This document shows positions 21,522-31,696 of a DNA stretch of 64,000 nucleotides, in pieces. Location: NCBI GenBank assembly GCA_947302535.1, contig CAMYVX010000003.1, positions 6,593 through 70,592 on the forward strand, given 5' to 3'. The position numbers were made by a program, and so were the translations under genes. The stretch comes from an uncultured Bacillales bacterium. Its GTDB lineage: Bacteria > Bacillota_I > Bacilli_A > RFN20 > CAG-826. The number at the start of each line of letters is the position of its first letter. Position 1 is the stretch's first letter. The notes under the pieces are model-generated. The model did no database searches. It was not told the DNA's origin and saw only the letters and a program-made list of their open reading frames with translations.

Positions 21522-21713
21522 AATGTCCCTCCTTTTTATAGATTCACTAATGACTCGCTATTAAGGTAACCGAAGTTTTTATAGAACCTTTTCTATGCGG
21601 TTGTAGCTAGTGAGGCGACAACGCTAGTAATATAACAAAAGTTATAAATAATAATCAACTAAAATTTTTAATTAATTAAACAAAGAGGCTAAAAAAGTCC
21701 GTGCAAATACTCT

Positions 21714-22388
21714 TTATTTCGGTTGATATATCGAATAATCTTCATTAGAAATTACAATAGATGTTATAACCTTCAAATTTAATCTTTTTGCCTCATAAGA
21801 TAATTGATTCAAAAAAACAATATCACTTTGAGAATGATCTGGATTTTCTCCTGGATGATTATGGATTAAATAGAAATTCTTGCAATTATGTCTTAAAACT
21901 GAGGCTAAAATCGGCTGAGTTGACGCTGGCATATCGCTTTCAGAACCAATAAATATCTCTTTTTCAAAGACCATCTTATACTGAGCATCCACACCAATTA
22001 GCATTAACCTCTCTTGTGTTTCTTTACTCAATACATCTTTGTAACGTAAATAAAGATATTCACTATCGACTTTCCTTTTGTTTAATGCAAGGTTATCTTC
22101 TTCATAAGTTATTCTTCGCATCAGTTCAAAAATAGCAGCTAGTTTAATTGCACTCACTTTTCCCAAACCTCTATAAGCAAGAAGGTCTTGATAATCCAGT
22201 TTTGCTAATTCTTTCATCCCATGATGATCATCAATAAGATGAAATGCGATTTCTAAAGCGGAATAATTACTAACACCTTGATTAATAATGATGGCTAATA
22301 ATTCATAATCCGCTAATTGTTCAATTCCTAAACGATAAGCTTTTTCTCTTGGCCTATTGTAGATAGGTATATCTTTAATCTTACCCAT
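21714..22388 (-). CDS. radC: RadC-like JAMM-domain protein (UPF0758)
   Basis: 224 aa; HhH N-terminus, JAMM motif HNHPG region. Confidence 0.75.
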   Translation of the reverse strand: MGKIKDIPIYNRPREKAYRLGIEQLADYELLAIIINQGVSNYSALEIAFHLIDDHHGMKELAKLDYQDLLAYRGLGKVSAIKLAAIFELMRRITYEEDNLALNKRKVDSEYLYLRYKDVLSKETQERLMLIGVDAQYKMVFEKEIFIGSESDMPASTQPILASVLRHNCKNFYLIHNHPGENPDHSQSDIVFLNQLSYEAKRLNLKVITSIVISNEDYSIYQPK

Positions 22389-22391
22389 TAT

Positions 22392-22616
22392 TTAATTCCA
22401 TGAGAAACGCCATCCACCAGGAATTTGTGCCGTTCCTTTTTTAGAGCGGTAAAGTTGATAAACAACTACTACCATAACAGCGATAATAGCAATCGACATG
22501 ACCGATGCTACCGTAATCGCTTCTCCCACAGATGTTTGTTTCATTTCTTTTTCATTTAAAAGTCTATAGTTCATAAATAGTCCTCCTAATATTTGTAAGA
22601 GGGCAAAAACGAGCAA
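22392..22616 (-). CDS. Small membrane protein, unknown function
   Basis: 74-aa ORF with two hydrophobic segments, tightly packed between radC and the valS terminator. Confidence 0.35.
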   Translation of the reverse strand: MLVFALLQILGGLFMNYRLLNEKEMKQTSVGEAITVASVMSIAIIAVMVVVVYQLYRSKKGTAQIPGGWRFSWN

Positions 22617-22646
22617 AATTGTAAAAAGAATTTCATGATGTTTTTA

Positions 22647-22677
22647 AGAAAAAGAAAAAGGAGTCTTTGACTCCTTA
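22647..22677 (-). terminator. Rho-independent terminator downstream of valS
   Basis: Hairpin aaggagtctttgactcctt plus a T-run on the minus strand. Confidence 0.6.
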
Positions 22678-22694
22678 ATCTATAAAATATTTTA

Positions 22695-25271
22695 TTATAG
22701 AGAAGCTAACTTCTTCTTAAGTTCTTCTAAGACAAGACGATGTTTGGCTAATTTTTCCTTTTCTAGTTCCACTTTATCTTTAGGAGCTTTAGCTAAGAAG
22801 TTCTCATTACCAAGCATCTTTTCGCCACGCATTATTTCATTTTCTTCCAAGGCAATGTCTTTTTCTAGTTTGGCTCTTAGTTCACCACTATCAACATTGC
22901 TATAAATAGTCATTTGTCCAAGAGGATAGTTCTTGATTTCTCCTTGCTTGTTTTGTAAATCGCCAAGTTTAGAGAAAGTAAACCTTTCTAGATAAACATT
23001 AAAGTCTTCAAATAATGTTTTATTAGTTTTTAAGCTTAATTCTAATTTAGCATTAGGTGCTAATTTGTTAAGAATCTTATAATTACGAACATCTTTAATT
23101 AAATCAAATAAGAATTCGACTTCTTCATCGTGTTCTTTATCAATTAATTGAGGATGATATTTTGGATAAGATTCAAGCATGATGGAATCTAAATGTTTAG
23201 GAAGATTCAAATATAATTCTTCAGCAATAAATGGGGTATAAGGATAAATCAAAAGAATAATATTCTTTAAGCAGTGATATAAAACGTGATAAGTTGCGTT
23301 TTTCTTTCTTTCATCATCGCTAGATAAAGCCACTTTAGACATTTCTAGATATTGAGAGCAGAAATCATCATAAACGAAATTATATAAATGCGTACTAGCG
23401 GCGTTGAAGTCATATTTTTCCATATTGCTTTCAACATTCCTAATTGTTTCTTCTAAACGATTAACAATCCAATGGTCCATGCTTGATAAGCACACCATCT
23501 TTTCTTCATTAAAATCGCTTGGTAAAACGCTTAAAACATAACGCGCGCTGTTCCATATCTTATTTAAATAGTTCGCGCTAGAGACGACCTTTTCTTCGAT
23601 ATATCTCATATCTTGTCCTGGAGTGGAATTAGTAGTTAAGAAGTATCTTAAAGCATCCGCTCCATAAGTATCGATAACCGCAATTGGATCAACGCCATTA
23701 CCTAAGGTCTTAGACATTTTTCTACCTTTTTCGTCTCTTACTAATCCATGGATAACGACTTTCTTAAATGGTATAGACTTTGTCATCTCTAAAGATTGGA
23801 AAATCATTCTTGAGACCCAGAAGAAAATAATGTCATATCCTGTCACTAAAACATCAGTGGGGAAATAGCGTTTAAAATCTTCGCTACTAGTATTAGGCCA
23901 ACCGAGTGTTGAAAACGGCCATAAAGCAGAAGAGAACCAGGTATCAAGAACATCTTCTTCTTGAATGTAATTCTCCATATCCTTAGGAGGTTCAATAGAA
24001 ACAATGCAATCACCTGAATCTTTATGGTAATAAGCAGGTATACGATGTCCCCACCATAATTGACGAGAAATACACCAATCATCAACTTTTTCCATCCATT
24101 GGCTAAACACCTTAGCAAAACGAGGTGGAATAAAGTTTACTTTATTTTTGCCTTTTTGATTAGATAAAGCTTGGTCCGCTAATGGGCGCATTTTTACAAA
24201 CCATTGTTTGGAAAGCATTGGTTCCACAACAGCATTACTTCTTTCAGAATGTCCCACTGGGTGAACAATTTCTTCCATCTTCACAAAGTTACCATCTTTT
24301 TTAATATTCTCAATCAATGCTTCGCGGCATTCAAAACGGTCCATACCTTGATAGACACCACACTTTTCATTCATAGTGGCGTCTTTATTAAAGATAATTG
24401 GTTTTGGGAAATGATATTTTTCGCCAATTAGGAAGTCGTTCGGATCGTGAGCTGGCGTACACTTCATAGCACCTGTACCAAAACTTAAATCAACATATTC
24501 ATCAGCGATGATAGGTAAAACATCTCCGTTCGCTGGATTAATAACCTTCATTCCTACATATTTGCTGTAGCGTCTATCCTTAGGATTCACCACTACACAA
24601 ACGTCACCAAACATGGTTTCTGGACGTGTTGTAGCGACGATTAATTTCTCATTACTATCAACAATTGGATAGGAGAAATAATACATGTAGCCTTTATCAT
24701 CTTGGTGAATTACTTCCACATTAGAAAGGGCGGTTTTTTGTACCGGATCCCAGTTAATAATTCTTTCTCCGCGATAAATAAGTCCCTTATTATATAAATC
24801 CACAAATACAGTTCTAACAGCGAAATTAAGTCCTTCATCAAGAGTGAATCTTTCTCTTGAATAATCTAAAGCAAGACCCATTTGTTTCCACTGTTCATGG
24901 ATGTTATTAGCGTATTCTTCTTTCCATTCCCAAGCGGTCTTGAGGAAGTCTTCTCTACTAATTTTCGTTACATCCACGCCATTTTTACGGAGTTTTTCCA
25001 TAACTTTGGCTTGAGTAGCAATACCAGCATGGTCCATTCCAGGAAGATATAAAGTATCAAATCCTTGCATCTTTTTATAGCGGATAATGATGTCTTGAAT
25101 CGTTGTATCCCAAGCGTGACCAAGATGTAATTTTCCAGTAACGTTTGGTGGAGGAATAACAATGGTAAACGGCTTTTTAGAAATATCTCCAGCTTTAAAA
25201 TAACCTTTATTTTTCCAAAGCTCATATTTACCTTTTTCAACTTCTTTTGGATTATAACGTTTTTCTAGCAT
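22695..25271 (-). CDS. valS: Valine--tRNA ligase
   Basis: 858 aa; HIGH (HLGHAW) and KMSKS (KMSKTLGN) motifs, editing domain, C-terminal coiled coil. Confidence 0.95.
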   Translation of the reverse strand: MLEKRYNPKEVEKGKYELWKNKGYFKAGDISKKPFTIVIPPPNVTGKLHLGHAWDTTIQDIIIRYKKMQGFDTLYLPGMDHAGIATQAKVMEKLRKNGVDVTKISREDFLKTAWEWKEEYANNIHEQWKQMGLALDYSRERFTLDEGLNFAVRTVFVDLYNKGLIYRGERIINWDPVQKTALSNVEVIHQDDKGYMYYFSYPIVDSNEKLIVATTRPETMFGDVCVVVNPKDRRYSKYVGMKVINPANGDVLPIIADEYVDLSFGTGAMKCTPAHDPNDFLIGEKYHFPKPIIFNKDATMNEKCGVYQGMDRFECREALIENIKKDGNFVKMEEIVHPVGHSERSNAVVEPMLSKQWFVKMRPLADQALSNQKGKNKVNFIPPRFAKVFSQWMEKVDDWCISRQLWWGHRIPAYYHKDSGDCIVSIEPPKDMENYIQEEDVLDTWFSSALWPFSTLGWPNTSSEDFKRYFPTDVLVTGYDIIFFWVSRMIFQSLEMTKSIPFKKVVIHGLVRDEKGRKMSKTLGNGVDPIAVIDTYGADALRYFLTTNSTPGQDMRYIEEKVVSSANYLNKIWNSARYVLSVLPSDFNEEKMVCLSSMDHWIVNRLEETIRNVESNMEKYDFNAASTHLYNFVYDDFCSQYLEMSKVALSSDDERKKNATYHVLYHCLKNIILLIYPYTPFIAEELYLNLPKHLDSIMLESYPKYHPQLIDKEHDEEVEFLFDLIKDVRNYKILNKLAPNAKLELSLKTNKTLFEDFNVYLERFTFSKLGDLQNKQGEIKNYPLGQMTIYSNVDSGELRAKLEKDIALEENEIMRGEKMLGNENFLAKAPKDKVELEKEKLAKHRLVLEELKKKLASL

Positions 25272-25490
25272 AATCTTTCCTCCAAAAATAAAACGTCCTC
25301 TCTAAGGACGCTATACGCGCGGTACCACCTTAGTTCACTTATTCAGTGCACTTCATTAACCTATTTCGCTAGGCAGCTATCCTCCAAAGCGACCTTCGCT
25401 TATTCTTTTAGCCAAGCTTCCACCATCCTCGGCTCTCTAGATAAAAGAGATAAGTTACTCCTCTTCTTCAACGGAACAAATAAATTATAG
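25272..25490 (-). promoter_or_regulatory. T-box leader (tRNA-sensing riboswitch) of valS
   Basis: Minus-strand sequence contains the T-box core AACTAAGGTGGTACCGCGCG. It is followed by a terminator hairpin CGTCCTTAGAGAGGACG plus TTTTATTTTT just upstream of the valS start. Confidence 0.75.
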
Positions 25491-25492
25491 AT

Positions 25493-26074
25493 TTATTGGA
25501 CTATCTTTTCAATTGCTTGTTTTAAGGAAGTTAGTGTTCTAGTTTCTTTACTTGAAACGTAATAAACGTTTTCCTTATTAATATCAAGCTCTTTGAGCCT
25601 TTTGTCCACTAAGGCTTTTTCTTTTTGATTGACCTTATCAATTTTTGTAATAACAATGAAATATTTCTTATTGTTTTGTTTTAAGTAAGACAGTATCTCT
25701 AAATCGTTATCAGAAAAATCACGACGCGAATCAATTAATAGAAGTACTAAAGCTAATCTAGAGGCTTCTAATAAATAAGAATTCATCATCTTGGCGAATA
25801 ATTCATCAAGATCAATTCCACCTTTAGCATAGCCATATCCAGGAGCGTCTACTAAATAAAAGGTATGGTCAATGTCATAATAATTTAGCAAACGTGTATG
25901 TCCTGGTTTGGAGGAGGTAAAAGCAAGTTGGTTTCTTGAACACAAAGCATTAATTAATGAAGATTTACCAACATTACTTTTACCCACAATTAAAACTTCT
26001 TTATATCCCGCTTGTGGAGCGTCGGATATACCAGTTGCAGATTTTATAAAAGTGACATTTTTATAATTAAGCAT
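25493..26074 (-). CDS. engB: Ribosome biogenesis GTP-binding protein EngB/YihA
   Basis: 193 aa; G1 GKSNVGKSS; overlaps the lon stop by 8 nt, matching the Bacillus lonA-ysxC arrangement. Confidence 0.85.
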   Translation of the reverse strand: MLNYKNVTFIKSATGISDAPQAGYKEVLIVGKSNVGKSSLINALCSRNQLAFTSSKPGHTRLLNYYDIDHTFYLVDAPGYGYAKGGIDLDELFAKMMNSYLLEASRLALVLLLIDSRRDFSDNDLEILSYLKQNNKKYFIVITKIDKVNQKEKALVDKRLKELDINKENVYYVSSKETRTLTSLKQAIEKIVQ

Positions 26075-28403
26075 CTTTCCTTAATAAGGCCACTTCTACA
26101 GCGTCCGCGACAGAAGTCATATAAATGATTTTTAAAGATTTTTTAACTTCCTTTGGAAGTTCATCCACATCTTTTGCGTTTTCTTTAGGAACGACAATAG
26201 TCTTAATGCCGCTTCTTAAAGCCGCTAAAGATTTTTCTCTTAATCCACCAATTGGAAGAGCATTTCCTCTTAAAGAAACTTCACCCGTCATAGCGACATT
26301 AGGATTAACTGGAGTATGAGATAAAGAAGAGATAATCGCTGTTGTAATAGCGACACCTGCGCTAGGTCCGTCCTTTGGAACTGCTCCTTCTGGAACATGG
26401 ATATGAATATCGTTATCCATGAATAAATCAGGATTAACGTTAAATCTTTCTGCATTAGCTTTGACGTAGTCTAAAGCAATGGAAGCACTTTCTTTCATAA
26501 CATTGCCTAAGTTACCAGTCAAAACAAGCGCTCCCTTACCTTTGAAGTAATTAACTTCAATTGGAAGAATATCTCCGCCATATTCGGTATATGCTAAACC
26601 AGTAACAACACCGATTTGGGGTTCTTTTTCTTTTTGTGAATCTTCAAAGATTGGTGTTTTTAAATATTCACGAATCTTCTTTTCATCAATATCGATATGC
26701 TCGATACTTGGATCTTTAACAATTGCAACAGCAACTTTTCTTAAGCAAGAAGCAATCTTTCTTTCTAAATCACGAACACCAGCTTCACGTGTATAGTGAC
26801 GAATAATAAATTTGATTGCATCATCGCTAAATGAAGCTTGTCCTTCTTTTAGACCATTAACTTCGATTTGCTTTTTCACTAAGTGTTGCTTAGCAATTTG
26901 TACTTTTTCTAGTTCTGTATAAGAAGAAAGTTGAATTAATTCTAAACGATCTCTTAATGGACCAGGAATTTGGTCTAAATAGTTAGCGGTACAAATAAAT
27001 AAGACATCGCTTAAATCATATGGTTCTTCCATATAATTATCGTTAAAAGCGTTATTTTGTTCTGGATCAAGGACTTCTAAAAGCGCACTGGCGGGGTCGC
27101 CCTTATAAGAAGAAGCTAATTTATCAACTTCATCTAAAAGGAAGACAGGGTTAGTAACACCGGCTTTTCTCATTCCTTGAATGATTCTTCCTGGTAAAGA
27201 ACCTACATAAGTTCTTCTATGTCCACGAATTTCCGCTTCATCAGAAATACCACCCAAAGAAGCTTTAAAGAATTTTCTTCCTAAAGCGCGAGCAATGGAT
27301 TTACCTAAACTGGTTTTCCCAGTTCCTGGAGGACCAAAGAAACAAAGAATTGGAGACTTTAAATTACCTGTTAATTTTTTAACAGCTAAATATTCAACAA
27401 TTCTCTTCTTAGGTTCTTCTAAACCATAATGGTCTTCATCAAGAATCTTTTCGACATTCTTTAAATCGTTATTATCTTCAGTTTTTTGCCACCACGGAAC
27501 ATTCATGATGACATCTAAATAAGATTGGATAAGAGCAGCTTCTAAAGAACCTCCTGGCATCATTTCCATCTTTTTAATCTCAGCTTTCACTTTAGCTTTG
27601 ACATGTTCTGGATAAGGATTCTTTTCTAGTTTCTCTAAGATGGTATCAGGATCATTAGATGAATTAGCGTCTTCCCCTAATTCTTTCTTAATAGCTTTAA
27701 GCTTTTCTCTTAAATAGTATTCTTTTTGCGACTTTTCAGTTGATTCTCTAATGGTGTTATTGATATCACGATCAATTTGTTCTTTTTGGTTTTCACCATT
27801 AAGTAAAGTAACAACATAAGGGACTAATAAGTCAATAGAATCAATTTCTAAAGCTTTTTGCTTTTGTTCTTTATTAATCTTTAAAATGCTTACTAAATTA
27901 TAACTTAAAGTTATAGGCGATGTAGATTTACCCACCACATTAGCCACACTTCTAGGCATCATTTGAATGACACTTGGAGATTTATCTAAAGCCTCTCTAA
28001 TAGAGCGGACATAGACGTCTTTAACATCATCTGCAGGCTCTTCTAAATTGGAGATTTCGCCTTTGGCGATATAATAGCCATTCGCATCAGGAGCGATGAT
28101 ATGAGAGAGTTTAACTCTTTCAACGACTTCGATACGGATTTTAAGTTTATCTCCACGATCCGTAATAGCGACAATACGGCATAAAGCGCCGGTTTCAAAA
28201 ACTTCTTCGCTAGTTGGATGTTCAGGAGCTTCGTCTTTTTGACAAGTCGAGAAGAACAAGGAATCAGTTTCATCTCTACTAGCCTTAATCGCGGCGATGG
28301 AAAAATCACGACTCGCATCAATTAGTTGTTGCGTTTCTGGAAATAACACCATGCTTCTTGTGATAAGAAGAGGTAAGGTTAAGGATTGTGTCTTTTCAGG
28401 CAT
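26067..28403 (-). CDS. lon: ATP-dependent Lon protease
   Basis: 778 aa; LON N-domain, AAA+ (GPPGTGKTS), protease domain with catalytic Ser in PKDGPSAG. Confidence 0.9.
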   Translation of the reverse strand: MPEKTQSLTLPLLITRSMVLFPETQQLIDASRDFSIAAIKASRDETDSLFFSTCQKDEAPEHPTSEEVFETGALCRIVAITDRGDKLKIRIEVVERVKLSHIIAPDANGYYIAKGEISNLEEPADDVKDVYVRSIREALDKSPSVIQMMPRSVANVVGKSTSPITLSYNLVSILKINKEQKQKALEIDSIDLLVPYVVTLLNGENQKEQIDRDINNTIRESTEKSQKEYYLREKLKAIKKELGEDANSSNDPDTILEKLEKNPYPEHVKAKVKAEIKKMEMMPGGSLEAALIQSYLDVIMNVPWWQKTEDNNDLKNVEKILDEDHYGLEEPKKRIVEYLAVKKLTGNLKSPILCFFGPPGTGKTSLGKSIARALGRKFFKASLGGISDEAEIRGHRRTYVGSLPGRIIQGMRKAGVTNPVFLLDEVDKLASSYKGDPASALLEVLDPEQNNAFNDNYMEEPYDLSDVLFICTANYLDQIPGPLRDRLELIQLSSYTELEKVQIAKQHLVKKQIEVNGLKEGQASFSDDAIKFIIRHYTREAGVRDLERKIASCLRKVAVAIVKDPSIEHIDIDEKKIREYLKTPIFEDSQKEKEPQIGVVTGLAYTEYGGDILPIEVNYFKGKGALVLTGNLGNVMKESASIALDYVKANAERFNVNPDLFMDNDIHIHVPEGAVPKDGPSAGVAITTAIISSLSHTPVNPNVAMTGEVSLRGNALPIGGLREKSLAALRSGIKTIVVPKENAKDVDELPKEVKKSLKIIYMTSVADAVEVALLRKDA

Positions 28404-28428
28404 ATAATATCCTCCTTTAACTAGTTAA

Positions 28429-29697
28429 TTAGTTATTTTCTTTTAAGAGTTTTTCAACTTTTTGTAATTTTAAGTTATCAGCAAAGGCACCCATATTTTG
28501 TGCTAAGGCTTTCTTCACGTCTTCTAACTTCATCTTGTATTGTTCAGCAAGTTTCTTCATTTCTGCTTCAATATCAGCTTTATTGACTTCGATTTTTTCA
28601 ACTTCAGCAATCTTATTGATTAAGAAATAGTTACTCACTTCTTTTAAAGCGTCTTTTTTAATTTGAGCGACGAATTCTTCTTCTTTTTGTCCCACTAAAG
28701 AAAGGTATTGTTCTAAAGTCAATCCAGATTGAGAGATTCTATTTTCTAAATCTTTCTTTCTACTTTCCACTTGAGCATCAATAATTTCTTCTGGAACATC
28801 AACTGTGCTGGTCTTAAGGATTTCTTCAATAAGATCCGCCATAAATTTATCGTTAATTTCTTTTTCTTTCGCGCTCTCTAATTCTTTTTGTTTATGAGCT
28901 TTGAGTTCTTCTAAAGTATTAACGTCTTTAATAGATAATTCTTTAACAAATTCATCGTTTAATTCAGGCAATTTCTTGGCTTTCACTTCGTGAATATCAC
29001 ATCCAAAAACAGCATCTTTGCCTTTTAATTCTGGAGTGTAGTTTTCTGGGAATTTGACTTTAACATCAACGTGTTCGCCAGCTTTTTTACCCACTAATTG
29101 TTCTTCGAAGCCAGGAATGAAGGAATTGCTACCAAGTTCTAATTCATAGTTTTCAGCAGAACCACCTTCAAATTCTTTATCATCGACGCGGCCTTTGAAA
29201 TCCATAACGACGACATCGCCTAAAGCGCTTTCGCCTTCTTTAATCGCTAAAGAAGCGTTTTCTTTTAATAAATCATCTAAAGCTTTCTTAACTTCTGCTT
29301 CGCTAACTTTCGCACTTCCTTTTTTCACTTTTAATCCTTTATAGGTACCTAAAGTAACTTCTGGCTCAGTGACGATAACGAATTTTAATTCTAAATCGGT
29401 ATCACTGATCTTAGTAACATCAACCTTTGGTTGAGCATGTGGATTAATGCCTTCCTTAATAATTTCTTCATAAGCTTTTGGTAAGACTTCGTTGACAGCT
29501 TCTTCTAAGACTTTGCCTTGATCAACGCGAGATCTCACTAATTGTTCTGGAGCTTTGCCTGGTCTAAATCCATCGATTTTGATTTTGCTAGCTTCTTTAT
29601 CAAATGCTTTCTTTTGAGCAGCTTTCCATGTTTCCACATCAACACTCACTAATACTTCAACATGAGAATGTTCTAATTTTTTAATTTTCTTTTCCAT
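28429..29697 (-). CDS. tig: Trigger factor
   Basis: 422 aa; ribosome-binding N-domain, FKBP-type PPIase, C-terminal arm; upstream of lon. Confidence 0.9.
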   Translation of the reverse strand: MEKKIKKLEHSHVEVLVSVDVETWKAAQKKAFDKEASKIKIDGFRPGKAPEQLVRSRVDQGKVLEEAVNEVLPKAYEEIIKEGINPHAQPKVDVTKISDTDLELKFVIVTEPEVTLGTYKGLKVKKGSAKVSEAEVKKALDDLLKENASLAIKEGESALGDVVVMDFKGRVDDKEFEGGSAENYELELGSNSFIPGFEEQLVGKKAGEHVDVKVKFPENYTPELKGKDAVFGCDIHEVKAKKLPELNDEFVKELSIKDVNTLEELKAHKQKELESAKEKEINDKFMADLIEEILKTSTVDVPEEIIDAQVESRKKDLENRISQSGLTLEQYLSLVGQKEEEFVAQIKKDALKEVSNYFLINKIAEVEKIEVNKADIEAEMKKLAEQYKMKLEDVKKALAQNMGAFADNLKLQKVEKLLKENN

Positions 29698-29796
29698 ATT
29701 TAATGGTCCTCCTAAATAAAACGTGCGTCATAGATTATAAACTAAACGCACGTATCAACGCAAGTAAAACGCACACACAAATGTGCATATGTAAAA

Positions 29797-30708
29797 CTAA
29801 AAGTTTTGACAAGCCTCTTCTATCTCATCAATCAGTCTTTCAACATCCTCTAATTCCACACCCATCTCTAAACAGCGAGAGGCTAAATCAATATCTGGTT
29901 CGCTTTTTAAATAACGATGGGCTTCTTCAATTAACGCCACTATCATTTCTTGGGTGTATTCGTGATCATAAACAGGGTAGTTATATATAATATAAGTGGC
30001 ATGTAACTGCATCGCTGTTTCTAATAAAGAAGGATTCTTAAAAAGAGCGGTTAATCTATTGGTGAAATAATTGAATTCGTCTCCAGTAAAAGGTTGTTCT
30101 AATTCTTTTGGGATAACTTCAAGTATTTCTCCTTTATGGTTGAATTTCACTTTTTTATCAATCTCTTTGCTAACAAATACTAGCAAGGTAAAGGAACGAA
30201 CTGATTGGACCTTATGATAAATCATAAGATTGCATAAAGTATCATAAAAAGGAATAATATCTCTATTTCTTGCAATATCTAGTGCAGGGACAACATCATC
30301 AATATTCGAGGATTTCAATAACCCATTTAGTTCTTCGTTAGTAATTCCTTTTTCTTCTGTAAGTCTCTTTCTTTCTTCGGCCCGTATATAATTTGGTAAA
30401 GAAGCGAGTAATTCTTCGACTTCCTGGCTTTCATACGGAAGGTTTTTGTAATATTCAAGTTCAGTAAATGCTTCATCAAAATATCCTAATGTACAAAGGA
30501 GTTCTAAATGTATTTTTATAAGGATAGAGAGTCTAGTTTCAAGTATTTTTCGATGACGATGAATAACAAGAATTGCCTCATCTCCACGGTTAAGCGCGGT
30601 CAAAGCTGCAATACGATAAAATAAGTCGGTCGCAGTTTCACTTTTTTCAGTTAGTTTAACAACCAATTCATATTGTTTTTTATCCATCAAACTTTTTAAA
30701 CTGTCCAT
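29797..30708 (-). CDS. Hypothetical helical (TPR-like) protein, possibly YsoA-like
   Basis: 303 aa all-helical composition; position upstream of tig as ysoA in Bacillus. No motif recognised. Confidence 0.45.
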   Translation of the reverse strand: MDSLKSLMDKKQYELVVKLTEKSETATDLFYRIAALTALNRGDEAILVIHRHRKILETRLSILIKIHLELLCTLGYFDEAFTELEYYKNLPYESQEVEELLASLPNYIRAEERKRLTEEKGITNEELNGLLKSSNIDDVVPALDIARNRDIIPFYDTLCNLMIYHKVQSVRSFTLLVFVSKEIDKKVKFNHKGEILEVIPKELEQPFTGDEFNYFTNRLTALFKNPSLLETAMQLHATYIIYNYPVYDHEYTQEMIVALIEEAHRYLKSEPDIDLASRCLEMGVELEDVERLIDEIEEACQNF

Positions 30709-30986
30709 ATATTAGTATTTTGTTAGTAATAAATTAGTAGTTATTAATATTTTATATTAAATTGCGTAGGTTAACTTTTTTTGAGCATTTTTATATATAA
30801 CCTTCGAAGTTCAACGAATAATCTCTATTTAAAATCGCAATTAATGCAATTTTGACAAACTGTTTTAACGGTGATTATTCACACTACTACACCTCTAATT
30901 TACTAACTATTTTCCTCCTTTGTGGCTATATTATATCATGTTTATTTCCTCTTAACGCGAATATATATAAGGAGTATAATTCTCGT

Positions 30987-31625
30987 ATGCTAAGAAAAGA
31001 CATTGATCAGTTTTTATCTACACTACCAAGTGACGTTACTCTAGTCGCGGCTACTAAGTATGTCGACTCCACTACTATGAGAGAAATGTTTGCTCATCAC
31101 ATAACTAACTTTGGAGAAAATAGAGTTGATTCTTTTTTATCAAAGTATAACGAGCTCAAAGATTTGCCAATAAAATGGCATTTTATCGGTCACCTGCAAC
31201 GAAATAAAGCTAAACATGTAATTAATCAGATTGATTATTTACATTCCTTAGATAGCCTTTCTTTAGCGGACCTAATTAATAAGCACCGTTCCACTCCTTT
31301 AAAGTGCTTTATCGAAGTCTCTATCAATCATGAAGAAAGTAAGAATGGTGTATTAATAGAAGACTTATCAAATTTCTTTTCCTCAGTTATTAAATATCCA
31401 AACATTGAAATAGTCGGATTGATGATGATGACAATATCATCCTCTTCTTCAGAAGAAAAAAGAGAGCAATTCCATAAATTAGTAATTATAAAACAAGAAC
31501 TAGAAAACAAGTTCAATACAAGAATCCCTTATCTATCCATGGGTATGAGTGATGATTATCAAGAAGCTCTTAAAGAAGGAGCCACTCATATTCGATTAGG
31601 AAGAATACTATTCAGTGATAAATAG
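30987..31625 (+). CDS. yggS: PLP homeostasis protein YggS family
   Basis: Start placed at internal ATG 30987 (RBS aaggagt 8 nt upstream; 213 aa, typical YggS length) rather than the ORF-track start 30852; VTLVAATKYV Lys context. Confidence 0.8.
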   Translation: MLRKDIDQFLSTLPSDVTLVAATKYVDSTTMREMFAHHITNFGENRVDSFLSKYNELKDLPIKWHFIGHLQRNKAKHVINQIDYLHSLDSLSLADLINKHRSTPLKCFIEVSINHEESKNGVLIEDLSNFFSSVIKYPNIEIVGLMMMTISSSSSEEKREQFHKLVIIKQELENKFNTRIPYLSMGMSDDYQEALKEGATHIRLGRILFSDK

Positions 31626-31696
31626 TCAGTAAAGAATATCTTTTGATATTTTTTCTTGACCATTTTATATATAATAAAGTCTCAAAAGGGTAGCGC

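Noticed and set aside
21203-21564. ORFs 21203..21400 (-) and 21322..21564 (+) overlapping rplU
   Set aside because: They overlap the L21 coding sequence; L21 is unambiguous.
29703-29990. Plus-strand ORF 29703..29990 across the tig upstream region
   Set aside because: It spans the predicted tig promoter and the 3' end of the minus-strand TPR-like gene, and has no RBS.
30852-30986. N-terminal 45-codon extension of the yggS ORF given by the ORF track
   Set aside because: The extension is hydrophobic and non-homologous. A strong RBS (aaggagt) precedes the internal ATG at 30987, which yields a typical 213-aa YggS.
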